The position numbers and the translations under genes are program-made. Below, piece by piece: positions 60,011-64,000 of a DNA stretch of 64,000 nt. The DNA is taken from assembly GCA_964199315.1 (NCBI GenBank), contig OZ116699.1, forward strand, positions 16,306,001 through 16,370,000. The letters run 5' to 3'. The notes below the pieces were generated by a model, which searched no databases, was not told the origin of the DNA, and was given only the letters and a program-made list of their open reading frames with translations. Positions within the stretch are counted from its first letter, which is position 1. Each line of letters begins with the position of its first letter. Source of the stretch: Orbicella franksi (Eukaryota).

Positions 60011-61269
60011 GTTTCAGTTGCATGCAAACAAGAAGGAAAGTTTAAAGAAAAACTCGAAAGCGTTAACCAGCTAAGAAATCTTTAAAAAATTGGAAAGCAA
60101 GCAGTGGAGCGTACGATTTTCCAAGAATTCATGCACCGTTTAGCATAAGGCCAATAAAAGCATTCCTTAAACTTTGAATTTCTTAATGCACTTTATTACC
60201 TTTCTGATTTCCTTTAAAGTATGAAATATTTGCTATAATTGCATTAAAAATCTGGTTCCAATGGATTGAAAGTTGTTTGTTTGCAAGACGCGTCGTTTTG
60301 TCCTAATCATACGCATGCGTGCACGCACCGACACTTTTCTTAGAATGAACGCTTCAGTAAGTAACCGTGTTCAAGCATCATAACCAGATACAAACACAGA
60401 ACTATAGAATACTCATATTTTTCCTTCTTTTCCTATTTAGGGAAATCTTAGTAGTGTTTGGAGGGTTTTTTATTTTTAGACACAAAAAACGGTGACAAAA
60501 ACCTCAAGATCTGTCTTCAAAAGGAACGCAACAGCATAGCTAAAACTGTGGACAGTTAGGTATGTTTTAACTTTTTGTTTATGAGGGCAATTTTGCAAAC
60601 TCTTATTGCGACTTCTGTTTGTTCAAAGAAACATGATTATTAAGTCGTGGAATAAACTCAATGCAATTTTAGGATAGAAAATAGGACTTCTATTTGTCTC
60701 GTATAATGCTGATAACTTCTAAAAAAGAATTAGTTTAACAGCTCGACCGAAAAAAAAACCCGGTCTATCCTGCAAACTACAAATTATTTAAGATAAATTT
60801 AAAAGATTTCACGAATGCTGAAAAACGTAAAGAAAAAGAACTCGAAAAAGAAAGAACGTTTATTGCAAAATTGGACGACAAATGGCAAGCAGATTCTTTT
60901 AGAGACAATAGCTCTTCTTTGAAATAGTCAAACTGACTGAGGTTGAGCATGGTAAATAAGGAAGTTAACATTATGTCTAAGAATATAATACGATTATTGA
61001 ACAAGTAAGCGAGCAAGAAATAAGTAACTTGATAATTAAGTTAGTAAGTAAGTGGGTTAATAAGTTATTAAGGGATAAGAAAAAGTAAATAGGAAAGTAA
61101 GTAATGAATTTTGGGCATACCATTTACCAGTTATAATGATATTAAAGCTTATTATTAAAGCACAACAGTTAAGTTTAGTTTAGTAGATATTTCGTTATGT
61201 AGAGGTGTCATTTTTAACAAAGTAACCTTAACTTAACTGAGTTGGTAAATTAGGTGGATAGACATTAAC

Positions 61270-61990
61270 ATATCGGTCAGTCATTCAGTCAGTCGTTCAG
61301 TCAGTCAGTCAGTCAGTCAGCCACTCAGTCAGCCACTTAGTCAGCCAGTCAGCCAGTCAGTCAGCCAGTCAGTCAGCCAGTCAGCCAGTCAGCCAGTCAG
61401 TCAGTCAGTTAGTCAGTTAGTGATAGTAAGTCAGTCAGTCAGTCATTCAGTTAGTGAGTCAGCTAGTCAGTCAGTCAGTCAGTCAGTCAGTTACTGTTGT
61501 TTGTTTGGTTGGTCGATCAGAGATTGTAAGGGTGTTTGTTTGGTCAGTTTGTTGTTTGTTTGGGACATGTTTTGGTTGTTTGGTTGTTTGGTCGGCTGGT
61601 TGACCTGTTGGTTGGTTCGTTGATTGATTGACTGAGTTTTTGGCTACTTTGTTGTTGTTTGTTAGGTTGGTTTGTTGGTTGATTGGTTGATTCACTGGTT
61701 GGTTGGCTGATTGTTTGGTTGACTGGTTGGTTGTTTAGTTGTTCGTTGGATTGGTTGGTTCATGGGTTACTAGTTGGTTGGTTGGTTGGTTGGTTGGTTG
61801 GTTGGCTGGTTGGTTAGTTGGTTGGGTGGGTGGGTGGGTGTTTGGCTGATTTGTTAGCTCGTTGGTTGCTTCATTGTTTAACTGGTTGGTTGGTTTGATA
61901 AAATGATTGATTGATTAATTGATTGATTGAATGACAACTTGACCGACTGACTGACTGAATGACTGACTGACTGACTGACTGATTGATTTA
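61270..61990. repeat. Degenerate tetranucleotide microsatellite (GTCA / GCCA / GTTG / GACT)
   Basis: Direct inspection. Confidence 0.9.
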
Positions 61991-64000
61991 ATCATAGGTT
62001 GTCATTTTAAAACAGAATATGAGATCAGTAAAAATGTTGACTGCTTCCTTCCTTGCTAGTAATATACGTACACCTGTTGTGAAAATACAACAATGTTCCA
62101 GTTACTAAGTTAGTTGTTGGCTTAGATATTTATTTAAGCAGTAAATTTATTAAGAATTTAATTAGTAAGTTACTTTAAAGTAATTTACCAAGTTTGCTCA
62201 CCATTCAGAATTAGAATTCAGTCAATAATTTTGCTATTCAACCAGTCAGTAAGTCATTGAGTCAGTCAGTCAGTCAGTCAGTCAGTTAATCAGTCAATCA
62301 ATCAGTCAGTTAGTCAGTGTTTTAGTCAGAAGTACTGAAAACGTTGTATCTAGCAATACAAAGAATATCATTCTCTGCCTACGTTACAAGATTAACTTTA
62401 TCTCCTCAGGAATTGATTAAGTTTATTAGCTTTTATTCACAAAGAACAATTATTTAGCTTAGTCCCAATATTATGTTTCACTCAAAACAACATTAAAGAG
62501 AAAACTGGAGATACCTTAAGGTCTATTTAGCAAACTACTAATAATTTTAAGAATTTACCTGCGTCGTTAGCATTACCTTGTTTTTTTTTTTACATTGGTT
62601 AATAGTATTTAGCGTGGCGATCCAAACGGTTGAGGTAAATATTCCGGCTAAACATTTTACATCTTATTAAGGTCTAGATAGTCGAGATATACTTTAACAT
62701 AACCTGTAGCAAAGAAAAATACAATTAATTGTTACGATGAATTTATTCACTATATTTAGCATTGACCTTGTTTGTATTTTACATTTGATTTTTTCACGAG
62801 ACCCAAAGAAAGTATTCAATTTCTATGGTCAGCAAAGCAAAATCAGTCATTTTTATCTGGAAATAAAGTGACAAGAATATTGTTATAGTTAGTATTTCAA
62901 ACGGGAATAAACAATGGTGAAGAATAACGTCCACATATTGATGTAATAAACAAAAAATAGGTGAAAAATACATTCAATATGGACGTACGATATAGCAAAA
63001 CTAAAACAACCACAGACAGCTTATTAAGTGAAGAGGAATATATTTTATGTATATTGAAAACGGTGGGAGGGAGTGAGGTAGTTATAGGGATGAAAATCAA
63101 TAAGTTTTCTTTTCTCCTTTTACGCTCTCAGTATCAGGAAAATTAAACCTCGGCAAGACTGATTCAAATTCTAAATTTTTGGAAACAAAATCCTCGCGAC
63201 AAAGACCACAAGGCAGAAATATAGAAAGGCTGGCAGTTCGGAAGTAAATGGAAGTGCGAGTGATATACATTGGCAGGAAGGTAGCAAGGAGGAGCTGTGC
63301 AAATGAAACAACTGAAGAGGAAGTTTAGAATTGCATCCAATGTGGATAAAATATAAGTGTGTAAGCGATTTAGACAACTAAATTTTCGACAAGTTTCATT
63401 TCTAATTCCTGGAAGTATAGATTACTTAACACATTTTGCGGAAATGTCTTTTCTCGTCGTGCAAGTTCGACGGGTGCCATGGAGTGTCTACACTATTGCA
63501 TGGATGCAATCATTTCCCGGAACAACAGTATCTAGAGATTGATTGCCTTTTAATTATGGTTAATTTGATTACGGCGTTATAACCAGTAAAAACGTTATCT
63601 AAAGGCTATCTGTCAGTGGGCAAGTAGCTAAGCATGTTATGGCAGGCGAAGATTGTTGCTTAGTATTGCCGGATATATTAGAAAAGGGGAAACATTTAAG
63701 CAATGTCAGTACTCTAGCAATAACACTGTCTGCAAAGTCGGGAAAAATTGTCAAAAATATCTGTGCTTACCAGTAAAAGGTACAGCGTGGCTGTGGATAG
63801 CCCTGCTCTTGTCAAAGTGTGCTGCCATTTTCTGTAACTCTTACTCCAAGGGATTTATCGATCTCTACAACAGCTTATCAGCATAATGTTTCAAAATTAT
63901 ATCGCACAATTAAAAATGGAACTGTTTAATCCCGCGAAAAAAGTAACACACACTTACCAAACAGTTTGAGAAGAATCTTGGTAATGCTGCATTGTCCTAG

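Larger units (their letters stand above)
57866..62000. repeat. Older tandem duplication, two units of about 2.15 kb, each ending in tetranucleotide arrays
   Basis: 57866-59050 aligns with 60021-61260 at moderate identity; both are followed by (GTCA)n and then degenerate (GTTG/GTTT)n. Confidence 0.75.

Noticed and set aside
63560-64000. Exon-like pieces on - at the window edge (63958..63996 DNAALPRFFSNCL with a GTAAGT donor; another donor at about 63771)
   Set aside because: They cannot be joined without a 41-nt intron or a stop, and no family is recognisable; sequence beyond the window is needed.

Overview
AT-rich eukaryotic genomic DNA with spliceosomal GT-AG introns. The repeat families look like those I recall from stony-coral/anthozoan genomes, but the taxon is an inference. 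I find no rRNA, tRNA or CRISPR array. Three genes can be assembled by hand. (1) An intact 15-coding-exon FGF receptor tyrosine kinase on + (25054-41395, 989 aa: signal peptide, 3 Ig domains, TM, split kinase, long acidic tail). (2) The 3' part of an upstream kinase-less paralogue on +, which starts before the window. Its Ig exons and introns (1-10348) are tandem copies, roughly 96-98% identical, of the FGFR ectodomain cassette (29616-34641), while its TM/tail exon (19642-19931) is an anciently diverged homologue ending in a stop. The copies differ mainly by amino-acid changes clustered in D2/D3 loops; one D3 copy is truncated and one has a premature stop. (3) A six-exon secreted-protein gene on - (52980-47346, 218 aa) that the ORF track does not assemble. 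Its motifs, intron phases and positions, TATA box and 3' AU-rich elements all point to a LIF/CNTF-like (IL-6 family) four-helix cytokine. The rest is MITEs and other non-autonomous transposons, SINE fragments, microsatellites and two non-coding tandem duplications (54.2-57.3 kb and 57.9-62 kb).
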